A stretch of DNA of 64,000 nt from an uncultured Actinomycetes bacterium (lineage in GTDB: Bacteria; Actinomycetota; Thermoleophilia; Gaiellales; Gaiellaceae), in assembly GCA_963704335.1 (NCBI GenBank), contig OY969889.1:1481745-1545744 (forward strand), written 5' to 3'. Every line of letters starts with the position of its first letter. The first letter of the stretch is position 1. The notes under the pieces were generated by a model. That model saw only the letters and a program-made list of their open reading frames with translations. It had not been told where the DNA came from and did no database searches. The position numbers were made by a program, and so were the translations under genes. Positions 7,072 to 15,779 of the stretch are shown piece after piece.

Positions 7072-8430
7072 GTGAACCCACTGTCCCCGTCAACGCCGCG
7101 GTTCACGTGGCTGGCAGGCGCGTTCGTCGTCTCGTTCTGTGCCCTCGTGGCGTCGGTCGGCGCAGACGCGCACTGGCTGGCCGCCCTCGGCCGCGAGATC
7201 GCCGAGCTCGGCCGCATCCCTGCAGGTGTTCCGTACGCGGCTGCACCGTCGGTCGGCTGGGAGAACGCACCGGTGCTCGGAGAGCTCGCCTTCCACGGGC
7301 TCGAGGCGGCTCTCGGCGATCGCGGTCTCGTGCTCGCGCTTGTCGGCGCCGTCGCGCTCGTCATCGCGACGCTGGCGCTGGACATGCGTCGAGCGGACGC
7401 GGCCGATGCTCCCTCCGCGCTCGTGCTGCTGCTCGTGGGAGTGGCCGCCGCGCAGTCGCTCCTGATCGTCCGCGGCCAGCTCTTCTCGCTGGCGCTCTTC
7501 CCCGTCCTGCTGCTCATTCTCCGCAACCAGGCGCGACTGCCGTCGGAGGCCATCTGGCTTCTTCCCCCGCTCTTCGCTCTCTGGTCGAACCTCCACGGGG
7601 GCGTGCTCGTGGGTGTCGCCGTGGCCGGCTCGTATCTGCTCCTGCACAGGGTGCGGCGGACGCCCGTGACGGCCGTCGCCGTGCTCGTCGCGTCGCTCGG
7701 CGCGGTGTTGCTCACGCCGTCGCTCCTCGATACGAGGCGGTACTACCAGGGCGTGCTCGGCAGCGAGGCGGCCGTCGGGCACGAAGGGCTTTGGGCGCCG
7801 TTGTCGCTCGACATGCCGCTGGACCTCGCGTTCCTCGTCGCCGGGGTCCCGCTCGTGATCGCGGCGCTGGCCTCCAGGCCTAGATTCTGGGAGCTCGTGG
7901 CGCTCACCTGTCTTGCGGCAATGACCATCCAGGCTGGAAGGAACGCCGTGTGGCTCGTGCTGTTCGCAGCCACCCCGGCCGCCGCCTGGCTCACGGGCTC
8001 GCGCGAGTGGCGCCTTCATCCGCCGCGCTTCTTGACGGCCGTGCTGGCCGCGTGTCTTGCGGGGGTACTGGCCATCGGCCTCGGCCGGGCACCGGTTCCG
8101 CCCGGTGCGGGCGAGAAGCTACGCGCACGCGCAGCCCTCGAGTCGGGCAGCGCGCCGATTCTCGCGGACGACATCAACGCCGAGGCACTCGCACTCGACG
8201 GGCGGATGGTGTGGATTGCCAACCCGCTCGATGCCTTCGATCTCGGCGACCAGCGGCTCTATCTCGACTGGATCGCTGGGCGCACCTCGGGAGACGCATT
8301 GCCGAAGGCCTTCCCGGCCGCCCTGGTCACGATTGACAGCCCGCCGGCAGTTCGCCTGGCCCGTGACGACGGTTGGCGCGTGGCCGCGAAAGACGAGCGA
8401 GCGGTGCTGTTCGTGCGCGCCCGGCGCTAG
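7072..8430 (+). CDS. polytopic integral membrane protein, unknown function
   Basis: 452-aa ORF (GTG start) with at least 10 hydrophobic stretches (e.g. LVLALVGAVALVIATLAL, LFSLALFPVLLLIL) and a soluble C-terminal about 100 aa. No family recognised. Confidence 0.6.
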   Translation: MNPLSPSTPRFTWLAGAFVVSFCALVASVGADAHWLAALGREIAELGRIPAGVPYAAAPSVGWENAPVLGELAFHGLEAALGDRGLVLALVGAVALVIATLALDMRRADAADAPSALVLLLVGVAAAQSLLIVRGQLFSLALFPVLLLILRNQARLPSEAIWLLPPLFALWSNLHGGVLVGVAVAGSYLLLHRVRRTPVTAVAVLVASLGAVLLTPSLLDTRRYYQGVLGSEAAVGHEGLWAPLSLDMPLDLAFLVAGVPLVIAALASRPRFWELVALTCLAAMTIQAGRNAVWLVLFAATPAAAWLTGSREWRLHPPRFLTAVLAACLAGVLAIGLGRAPVPPGAGEKLRARAALESGSAPILADDINAEALALDGRMVWIANPLDAFDLGDQRLYLDWIAGRTSGDALPKAFPAALVTIDSPPAVRLARDDGWRVAAKDERAVLFVRARR

Positions 8431-8456
8431 CTCGGGAGCGGGTATCGTCCGCCGCG

Positions 8457-9929
8457 ATGGCGGTGGCGACCGGCAGGGAGTACGGCCTGTTCATCGACGG
8501 CGGCATGGCCGAACCGGCCTCCGGCGAGGTCGTCGAGCTCCTCGAGCCGGCCACGGGTGAGCCGCTCGCGCGGGCCGCCATGGCGGGTGAGGCCGACGTC
8601 GACCGGGCGGTCGAGTCGGCGCGCGGTGCGCTCGAGGGCGCGTGGGGGAAGACGCCCGCCACGGAACGCTCGCGTCTCTTGCACGCGCTGGCCGACGCGA
8701 TGGTCGCCAACCGCGCCGAGCTGTGCGAGCTCGAGTCGAGAAACGTCGGCAAGGCGATCTCGTCGGTGAAGGCCGAGCTCTTCGGAGCCGCCGAGCACTT
8801 TCGCTACTTCGCCTCTGCCGTCGGCACGATCGCCGGCCGCTCGAACCCGATCGGCGGCTCGCTGCTCTTCTACTCGCTGAAGGAGCCCGTCGGCGTCGCG
8901 GGGCAGATCGTGCCGTGGAACTACCCGCTGCTGATGACGGCCTGGAAGCTCTCGCCCGCGCTCGCGGCCGGGTGCACGGTCGTCCTCAAGCCCGACGCGA
9001 AGACGCCGCTGAGCGCGCTGCGCCTGGCGGAGCTGGCTGCGGAGGTGGGCTTCCCGGCGGGCGTGATCAACATCGTCCCCGGCGACGGCCCGGGCACGGG
9101 CGGCTACCTCGTCGGCCATCCCGGTGTGGACAAGGTGGCGTTCACCGGCTCGACGGCGACGGGGAGCGAGATCATGCGACTCGCTGCGCCGACGCTGAAG
9201 CGGATCACGCTGGAGCTGGGCGGCAAGAGCCCGAACATCGTCTTTGCGGACGCGGACCTCGCGGACGCCGTTCCCAGCTCGGTCTGGGCGATCTACTACG
9301 CGGCGGGGCAGAGCTGCGAGGCCCGGTCGCGCGTGCTCGTCGAGAAGCCGATCTACGACACGGTGGTCGCGGAGTTCGCCGAGAAGGCCGCGGCGGTGAA
9401 GGTCGGCGACCCGCTCGACGCCGAGACCCAGATGGGCTCCCTCATCTCACCCGAGCACCGCGACCGCGTGCACGGTTTCGTGGAGCAGGGACGCGAGCAG
9501 GGCGCAGAGGTCGTGCTGGGTGGCTCGCCCGGCGACGGCGCGGGCGCGTTCTATCCGCCGACGCTGCTGGCTTCCTGCGACAACTCGATGTCCGTCGCTC
9601 AGGAGGAGATCTTCGGCCCGGTGGCGACGGTGATCCCGTTCGAGGACGAAGCGGACGCCGTGCGCATCGCCAACGATGTCCGATACGGCCTGATGGCGAC
9701 GGTCTGGACGGGCGATCCGGCGCGCGGCCACAGGCTCGCGCGGCAGATCAAGTCGGGCACGGTGGGGATCAACATGCCGTACACGGCGTTCCCCGGCATC
9801 CCGTTCGGCGGCTACAAGCAGTCCGGCTTCGGCCGCGAGCTCGGGGTCGAGGCGCTTGACCTCTACCTGGAGACGAAGAGCGTCGTCGTCAGCACGGGTA
9901 CGAGGCAGGCCAACCCGTTCGGGCTCTAG
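8457..9929 (+). CDS. NAD(P)-dependent aldehyde dehydrogenase
   Basis: ATG 8457 gives MAVATGREYGLFIDGG.... Motifs VVLKPD, ELGGKSPNIVF, catalytic-Cys region GQSCEA, and PFGGYKQSGFGRE are ALDH-family hallmarks. Confidence 0.9.
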   Translation: MAVATGREYGLFIDGGMAEPASGEVVELLEPATGEPLARAAMAGEADVDRAVESARGALEGAWGKTPATERSRLLHALADAMVANRAELCELESRNVGKAISSVKAELFGAAEHFRYFASAVGTIAGRSNPIGGSLLFYSLKEPVGVAGQIVPWNYPLLMTAWKLSPALAAGCTVVLKPDAKTPLSALRLAELAAEVGFPAGVINIVPGDGPGTGGYLVGHPGVDKVAFTGSTATGSEIMRLAAPTLKRITLELGGKSPNIVFADADLADAVPSSVWAIYYAAGQSCEARSRVLVEKPIYDTVVAEFAEKAAAVKVGDPLDAETQMGSLISPEHRDRVHGFVEQGREQGAEVVLGGSPGDGAGAFYPPTLLASCDNSMSVAQEEIFGPVATVIPFEDEADAVRIANDVRYGLMATVWTGDPARGHRLARQIKSGTVGINMPYTAFPGIPFGGYKQSGFGRELGVEALDLYLETKSVVVSTGTRQANPFGL

Positions 9930-9930
9930 G

Positions 9931-10953
9931 GTGAGCGCGCGCGTGGAGCGCGTGTTCGGGCGCCTCGAGGAGCTGTACGCGATCGGCGGCGGGTTAGGCG
10001 CGAACCGACCGCATCCGAGCGCGGAAGAAGACGCTGCACATGAACTGGCCGCTGGCTGGCTGCGTGAGGCCGGGCTGGCTGTCGAGGTCGACGCACACGG
10101 CAATCTGCTGGGCCGCTCCGAGAGCCGCGCCGACGTCTGGGTGGGCTCCCACCTCGACTCCGTGCCGCAGGGAGGGATGTTCGACGGTGCGCTTGGCGTC
10201 GTCGCCGCGATCGAGGCCGTCGAGCTCGCGGGCTGCGGCTCGGTGGTGGCGTTCCGCGGCGAGGAGGTTGGCTGCATCGGTAGCCGCGCGCTCTGCCGCT
10301 ACGAGGAGGTGCCGACGGCGTTCCTCGAGCTCCACATCGAGCAAGGGCCGACGCTCGAGCGGGCCGGGGTGCCGCTCGGCGTCGTCACCAGCATCGTCGG
10401 CTACGCGCGCGGCGAGCTCTGGTTCGAGGGTCGCGCCGGTCATGCCGGGACGACGCCGATGCAGGACCGCGAGGACGCATTGGTCGAAGCGGCCGCCGCG
10501 ATCCTCGAGATCCGCGAAGCTGCGCTGCAGGTCGAGGGAGCCGTCGCTACCGTCGGCGAGCTGGACGTCGAGCCCGGGGCGGGAAACGTGATCCCGGGGC
10601 GGGTTCGCCTCTCCGTCGACGTGCGGGCGCCCGACAGCGAACGGTTGGACGACGTGCTCTCGCGAGTCGGACTAGAGCCGGGGCACCGCGCCGAACCGGT
10701 GGCGATGAGCGAGCTCTGCCGCGCCGCCCTCGGCGAGGAAATCGCCGCCCGCGGTCTGCAGGCCATCGAGCTGCCGTCGGGCGCCGGTCACGACGCGGGC
10801 ATCCTCGCCGCCGCCGGCGTCGATGCGGGGATGCTGTTCGTCCGCAGCCTCAACGGCGGAGTCAGCCACTCCCCTGACGAGCTCTCGTCCGAGGAAGACA
10901 TCGCGCTCGCGATCGACGTGCTTGCGGGCGCGCTGCGCCGGCTCGCCAGCTAG
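9931..10953 (+). CDS. M20-family Zn-dependent amidohydrolase (allantoate amidohydrolase / N-carbamoyl-amino-acid hydrolase type)
   Basis: GTG 9931 immediately follows the ALDH stop. ...AHGNLLGR....VWVGSHLDSVPQGGMFDGALGVVAAIEAV..., ...GRAGHAGTTPM..R.DAL, GAGHDA. The AllC assignment rests on the purine-catabolic context. Confidence 0.75.
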   Translation: MSARVERVFGRLEELYAIGGGLGANRPHPSAEEDAAHELAAGWLREAGLAVEVDAHGNLLGRSESRADVWVGSHLDSVPQGGMFDGALGVVAAIEAVELAGCGSVVAFRGEEVGCIGSRALCRYEEVPTAFLELHIEQGPTLERAGVPLGVVTSIVGYARGELWFEGRAGHAGTTPMQDREDALVEAAAAILEIREAALQVEGAVATVGELDVEPGAGNVIPGRVRLSVDVRAPDSERLDDVLSRVGLEPGHRAEPVAMSELCRAALGEEIAARGLQAIELPSGAGHDAGILAAAGVDAGMLFVRSLNGGVSHSPDELSSEEDIALAIDVLAGALRRLAS

Positions 10954-11900
10954 ACGCCTCGTTCCGGCTCGCCGTCGTAGTAGTCGAGGCTCTCGAGCCG
11001 GGCGATGATGCCCACGCCGCGGAAGTTGATCTTGTTCGAGCGCGGATAGTAGGCGATGTCGTTGTTCCTGCGAGTGCCGTAGGCCAGGAACGTGAATGTC
11101 TCGTCCTCCGCGCGGAAGTAGTGCGCGATTCGCGTCGCGGCAGGGCGCGAGACAACATGGCCGGCGCGCAGCCGGTGCACCTCTTTCTCCACGTTCGGGT
11201 TTAGGCGGTAAGCGCCTGGCGTCGGCCACAGCTCGAGCACGCCCGAGCCGTCGAGCACGATGAAGATCTCCTCCTCGAGCGAGTGGCAATGCGGGGGAGG
11301 ACCCTCCTGGCCGGGCGGCAGTGCTACCCAGTTCAGGCCGGTCCGCTCCGAGCCTGCGGCGCTGGCGAGATCCTTGACGGCACCGCCGGACTCGCCCTCG
11401 AGCTCGTCCCCGTTCACGATGGTTGAGGGGCGAGGGCTCGGCGCGGGCAGCTCCAGCTCGCCGGCATCGGCCTCGAGGTCCCACGGGTGACGTTCTTCCG
11501 CGACCTTGACGGTCACGTCCATGCGTACAACGCCGGCCCGGGGAAGGTACGTGGCCGTCACGTTCGTGCGCTCGCCGAAGGCGAGGACGTCAAGACCGTC
11601 CGGCCCCGCTATCAGCGTGTGATCCTCCCACGCAGCGCGGTGCACGATGCAGTCGCCGGCGCCCACTTCGTGCGTCTTCCCGTTCTGCCAGGAGAGGCCG
11701 GAGCCTGCGAGCACGTAAAAGATCTCCTCCTCGTCGAGCTCGACGTGTACGGGAGACGAGCGGCCGCCCGGATCGAGCTTCAGGCGGGCGACGCCGACCT
11801 CCTTCGACCCCGCGGCGTGGCCGAGGTCGATACGGTCGAGCTGCATCGGGCCGCGGCGAAGGTCGCGCGGTTCGACGTCGTCCCAGTGCGCGATGCCCAT
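10950..11900 (-). CDS. bicupin protein (possible ureidoglycine-aminohydrolase-like role, by context only)
   Basis: ATG 11900 is preceded by GAGGAGG. There are two cupin modules (...SPVHVELDEEEIFYVLAGSG... and ...PPHCHSLEEEIFIVLDGSG...). It is translationally coupled (TGATG) to the upstream DUF3830 gene. Confidence 0.7.
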   Translation of the reverse strand: MGIAHWDDVEPRDLRRGPMQLDRIDLGHAAGSKEVGVARLKLDPGGRSSPVHVELDEEEIFYVLAGSGLSWQNGKTHEVGAGDCIVHRAAWEDHTLIAGPDGLDVLAFGERTNVTATYLPRAGVVRMDVTVKVAEERHPWDLEADAGELELPAPSPRPSTIVNGDELEGESGGAVKDLASAAGSERTGLNWVALPPGQEGPPPHCHSLEEEIFIVLDGSGVLELWPTPGAYRLNPNVEKEVHRLRAGHVVSRPAATRIAHYFRAEDETFTFLAYGTRRNNDIAYYPRSNKINFRGVGIIARLESLDYYDGEPERGV

Positions 11901-12307
11901 CACGCCTCCTCGAAGTGGATGTCCTGAGCCCCGTCCCATAGCACGAGCCGGCCGATCTCCTCCAGGTGCTCTCGTCCGTCGACGACGGTGGCGAAGTGGT
12001 TCCCCGCCAGCTGGCCGGCCTTGCTCGCAAAGCACGTCTGGCCGTACGGGAACAGGATCTCCGTCTCGCTGACGCCGCCGGGATAGATGAGCAGCTCCCC
12101 GGCTCCGGGGTAGCTCGTCGGATCCTCGAAGCCGATGCCGAGGTCGAGCTCGCCGAACGGAATCCAGGCGGCCTGACCCGACCAGCGGGCCTGAATCAGC
12201 TGCGAGTCGAGTGGGAGCAGGCGGCGGAAGGCGGCGACGGTGTTCGGGGCACGCTCTTCCTCCAGCCGCGCGGTGAGCTCGAAGGAGCCGACGGTGATCT
12301 TCAGCAC
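11900..12307 (-). CDS. DUF3830-family (cyclophilin-like fold) protein
   Basis: MLKITVGSFELTARLEEERAPNTVAAFRRLLPL...IQARWSGQAAWIPFG matches my recollection of the DUF3830 N-terminal pattern. 135 aa. Confidence 0.6.
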   Translation of the reverse strand: MLKITVGSFELTARLEEERAPNTVAAFRRLLPLDSQLIQARWSGQAAWIPFGELDLGIGFEDPTSYPGAGELLIYPGGVSETEILFPYGQTCFASKAGQLAGNHFATVVDGREHLEEIGRLVLWDGAQDIHFEEA

Positions 12308-12325
12308 TGGCAGGACGCTAGCGGC

Positions 12326-13093
12326 TCACGAGGCGAGTTGTCGCTCCAGCGTGCCGTCGGTCAGAGCGCGGACGAGGTCGGGTAGGGGATCGACGTCCGG
12401 CTTGTGCACCCGCAGGAACGCGAGGAGCTCTCGCGCGAGTCGCAGCGCCGCTTCGCCGAGCCTGGCGTCGTCGGCCTGGACAAGCCCGAGGCACAACGAG
12501 AGATCCTCTGCATAGTGTTCGGGTGCGATGGTAAGTGCGAGCGCAGCCTCAGCTGCCTCGCGTCGACTGCTTGCCAAGACGGGCTCGTTGAGGGGCAAGA
12601 GCAACCGGGGGGCGAGCTCGGCAGCGCTCATCGCATAGACGCGCAGCGCCAGTGAATCGTCGGTCTCCAACGCCCGTCGTACTTTCATCGAGAACTCGAA
12701 GAAGTCCTCGAGCTCGGGCGGACCTGCGGGTCTCCGGAGCGATGGGTCCTCACCCAAGCGCGTGCGGGCATCGTCGGTGGCCCATGCGTAGCGTGCAGGC
12801 TCGAGTTGCGGGAGGCCGAGCCACCAACTCGCGGGCTCAGTTTCCTTCGCCAACCGTTCGTCGATCGCCTGTACGCCAGCCGAAACATGGAGAGGGCTTG
12901 CACCCAGCCGTTCCTGGAACCACGTGCGGTAGCGACCCGCATCGCTTTCCAGGATCGCCGTCAGGTCGAGATCCGAAAGCTCGTCGGACGTTCCCTTCGC
13001 GTAGCTCCCGCCGACGAGCACGGCGATCGCTCCCGGCTCGAGCTCCCTCAGCCGAGTGACCGCCGGCTCGACTACGGCCGGGAGTTGATCCAT
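12326..13093 (-). CDS. nucleotidyltransferase-domain protein (Pol-beta superfamily)
   Basis: ATG 13093 gives MDQLPAVV.... The motif VLVGGSYAKGTSDELSDLDLTAI fits the GSxxxG...DxD NTase signature. The 5' end overlaps the puuD 3' end by 22 nt. Confidence 0.65.
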   Translation of the reverse strand: MDQLPAVVEPAVTRLRELEPGAIAVLVGGSYAKGTSDELSDLDLTAILESDAGRYRTWFQERLGASPLHVSAGVQAIDERLAKETEPASWWLGLPQLEPARYAWATDDARTRLGEDPSLRRPAGPPELEDFFEFSMKVRRALETDDSLALRVYAMSAAELAPRLLLPLNEPVLASSRREAAEAALALTIAPEHYAEDLSLCLGLVQADDARLGEAALRLARELLAFLRVHKPDVDPLPDLVRALTDGTLERQLAS

Positions 13094-14235
13094 CGCCCGA
13101 GGAGCTCGCGTTCTGCATCGGTCATGCCCGTTGAGTTGCCGAGCGGCATCACCCGCGTCAGAACGGCCACGCGTTCGATGGCCTCGGCTTGCGCCTCGAT
13201 CTGTCCGCGGTTCTCGAGCCGGACACCCTTGGGAGCTGCCGCCCCCGAGTGGCACGACGCGCAGCGCTGCTCGACGATCGGCGCAACCTCAGCGAAGGGG
13301 ACGGGAGGTCCACTCGTCGAGCTGTCGGCGTCCGGCGGCCTCATCCAGACGGCGATCGCGGCCAGCGCCGCCGCCGCTGTGACCGGTATCCACCACACGG
13401 TGTGGCCGGCATGGCGAAGGTTGAAGAAATGGCGGATCCAGGCGCCGACGAGCATCAGGCACACGAGCACGAGCCAGCCGTCGGCATGCCCGTACGCGAA
13501 GGCGAAGTGGTCGCCGAGCATGGCCAGCAGCACGGGCAGCGTGAGGTAGTTGTTGTGGACCGACCGATTCTTCGCACGGAGAAGCGGCGCCGGGTCCGGC
13601 TCTCGCCCTGCCTGCTTGGCTCTGACGAGATCCCAGTGGGCGGGGATGATGACGAAGAAGACGTTCGCCACCATGATCGTTCCCAGCATGGCCCCCAGCT
13701 GGAGCCACACCGCGCGGTCCGTGTAGAGGAGGCTCAGGCCGTAGGCGCTCGCCGCGACGAGCGCGACGAGCACCGCCGCCAGCACGAGCTCGTTGCGGAT
13801 CACGCGGCAGAGGACGTCGTAGACGACCCAGGCGGCGGCGAGCAACACCAGCGAGCTGACGATCGCTGCCCACTCGGACATGTCCGCGCCAACGAGATTG
13901 AGGTCGGCGTCGACGTAGTAGAGGACACAGAAGAGAGCGAAGCCCGAGAGCCAGGTCGTGTACGCCTCCCACTTGAACCAGTGCAGCGAGTCGGGCAGCG
14001 TACGCGGCGCGACGCGGAACTTCTGAACGAGGTAGAAGCCGCCGCTGTGGATCTCCCACGACTCGCCCGCGACGCCTTCGTCTGCATCCTGCTCCCGCCT
14101 GGGCGGCGCCAGGTGGTTGTCGAGAGCGACGAAGTAGAACGAGGTGCCGATCCAGACGACGCCGGCGATGACGTGCAGCCAGCGGAAGACGAGGTCGAGC
14201 CAGTCGATCAGGTACGGGTCGACGGCGACGGTCAT
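13072..14235 (-). CDS. puuD: membrane-bound urate hydroxylase PuuD (cytochrome c-containing)
   Basis: MTVAVDPYLIDWLDLVFRWLHVIAGVVWIGTSFYFVALDNHL...WEIHSGGFYLVQKF.., multiple TM helices, and a C-terminal haem-c site CASCH. Confidence 0.85.
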   Translation of the reverse strand: MTVAVDPYLIDWLDLVFRWLHVIAGVVWIGTSFYFVALDNHLAPPRREQDADEGVAGESWEIHSGGFYLVQKFRVAPRTLPDSLHWFKWEAYTTWLSGFALFCVLYYVDADLNLVGADMSEWAAIVSSLVLLAAAWVVYDVLCRVIRNELVLAAVLVALVAASAYGLSLLYTDRAVWLQLGAMLGTIMVANVFFVIIPAHWDLVRAKQAGREPDPAPLLRAKNRSVHNNYLTLPVLLAMLGDHFAFAYGHADGWLVLVCLMLVGAWIRHFFNLRHAGHTVWWIPVTAAAALAAIAVWMRPPDADSSTSGPPVPFAEVAPIVEQRCASCHSGAAAPKGVRLENRGQIEAQAEAIERVAVLTRVMPLGNSTGMTDAERELLGRWINSRP

Positions 14236-14672
14236 GCGCGCTGCCAGCGGTCGCGGGCGATGGCCACGAGCTCGGACAGTGCGGTGTCCAGCTCCTCGTC
14301 GCGGGTCTTCTCCAGCCGCTCACGGAGGACGGGAACGATCTCGGTCTTCGGCCGGCGGTTGACGAAGACGACGAAGCGGAAGCCGAAGCGCTCCTCGTAG
14401 CGGTGGTTGAGCTCTGCAAGCTCGACCAGCACGGCCGGATCGTCGTCGAAGCCCTGCTCGACTGCGGATTGCGCCGACAGTCCCTCGCGCTGCCCGATCG
14501 CCGGATGCGCTGCGAGCGCCTCGAGCTTCTCGTCTTCCGTCAGCGTGTGGAGGACATCGTCCGCGTTGCCGAGCGGGTTCTCGATCTCGGCCAGTCGCTC
14601 GACGAGGGCGGTCCGTCCTTCGAAGAGGCCGGCGAGCTCGTCGGCGGTCAGCTGCCGCGGTAGCTCGCGCAC
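14232..14672 (-). CDS. uraD: 2-oxo-4-hydroxy-4-carboxy-5-ureidoimidazoline (OHCU) decarboxylase
   Basis: ...LEALAAHPAIGQ...LNHRYEERFGFRFVVFVNRRPKTEIVPVLRERL matches the OHCU decarboxylase signature. GTG start overlaps the uraH 3' end by 25 nt. Confidence 0.85.
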   Translation of the reverse strand: MRELPRQLTADELAGLFEGRTALVERLAEIENPLGNADDVLHTLTEDEKLEALAAHPAIGQREGLSAQSAVEQGFDDDPAVLVELAELNHRYEERFGFRFVVFVNRRPKTEIVPVLRERLEKTRDEELDTALSELVAIARDRWQRA

Positions 14673-14941
14673 GCGTAGGGCGAGACGAGCAGCGGCACGT
14701 GATAGTGGCGCTGCGGATCCTCGATGGCGATCTCCAGCTCGACGCGGCGGAAGAACGCCGACGGAGGGTGGAAGACGATCCGGTACGTCCCGGTCTCCAG
14801 CGAGTTCGGTGACAGCTCGGCGATGCGCCCGTCGGCGTCGGTCTGCGCCGCCGTTAGCAGCGACTCGCCGCGGTAGAGCTCGACGATCACGCCTTCCGCG
14901 GGCTCGCCGCGCTCGGTGTCGAGCACGTGCGTGGAGATCAC
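14648..14941 (-). CDS. uraH: 5-hydroxyisourate hydrolase (transthyretin-like)
   Basis: MISTHVLDTERGEPAEGVIVEL...GTYRIVF...HYHVPLLVSPYACASYRGS. The C-terminal YRGS tetrapeptide is diagnostic of HIUases. Confidence 0.92.
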   Translation of the reverse strand: MISTHVLDTERGEPAEGVIVELYRGESLLTAAQTDADGRIAELSPNSLETGTYRIVFHPPSAFFRRVELEIAIEDPQRHYHVPLLVSPYACASYRGS

Positions 14942-14959
14942 GCTCGTGAGGATCGCACG

Positions 14960-15703
14960 TCAGCCCCAGCGGCGGAAGCCGCCTTCAGAATCGATGACCT
15001 GCCCGGTGACCCACTGCGCGTCGTCGGAGCAGAGCCAGGCGATCAGCCGCGCGGCATCGTCGGGCTGGCCCCAGCGGCCGAGCGGGAAGCGACTCGGCTC
15101 GACATCCGCAGCCCAGCCGGTGTCCGTAGGGCCAGGGTTGACGGCGTTGACGGTGATGCCACGGTCGATGAGCGTGTCGGAAAGCGTCGCCGTTACCTGT
15201 TGCAGTGCCCCCTTGGATGCCGCGTACGCGATTTCGGTGTTGAGCGGAGCCAGATGCTGCCCGGAGATGAGGAGCACGACCCGGCCGCCTACTCGGCCGT
15301 CGTGCTGGGCTGCGAACTCCTTCACGAGCAACAGCGAGGCGCGGACGTTGACGTGAAGGTGGTCGTCGAGGTCGTCAGCGGTCAGCTCGTCCAGGGTCCC
15401 GAGCCGACTCAACGTGTGATTGACGACAAGGATGTCGACGTGCCCCAGGGCGTCTTGAGCGGCATGGATGACCGCCGCGGGAGACCTGGGATCGGCGAAG
15501 TTTGCGTCGACATGTGCGACCGGACCACCGGCCTGCTTCAGCTCCGCGAGCACAGCGTCGAGGCCGCCGGCGTCCGGGTGCTCGTCCTCGGCCGCCCATG
15601 AGTGAACGAGTACCCCGGTGCCGCCGGCCAGCAGCCGCCGCGCGACGGCGAAGCCGATCCCGTTCCGCCGGCTGACGCCGGTTACCACGGCGGCTCTAGA
15701 CAC
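14960..15703 (-). CDS. SDR-family oxidoreductase
   Basis: MSRAAVVTGVSRRNGIGFAVARRL... (glycine-rich NAD(P) motif), YAASKGAL catalytic YxxxK. 247 aa. Confidence 0.85.
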   Translation of the reverse strand: MSRAAVVTGVSRRNGIGFAVARRLLAGGTGVLVHSWAAEDEHPDAGGLDAVLAELKQAGGPVAHVDANFADPRSPAAVIHAAQDALGHVDILVVNHTLSRLGTLDELTADDLDDHLHVNVRASLLLVKEFAAQHDGRVGGRVVLLISGQHLAPLNTEIAYAASKGALQQVTATLSDTLIDRGITVNAVNPGPTDTGWAADVEPSRFPLGRWGQPDDAARLIAWLCSDDAQWVTGQVIDSEGGFRRWG

Positions 15704-15779
15704 GGCGCGAATCTACTGCTCCTGTGGATGAGTTGTCACTGAATTGGCGCAACTCAGTGCCAGGCACTCGGCCGTGTCC

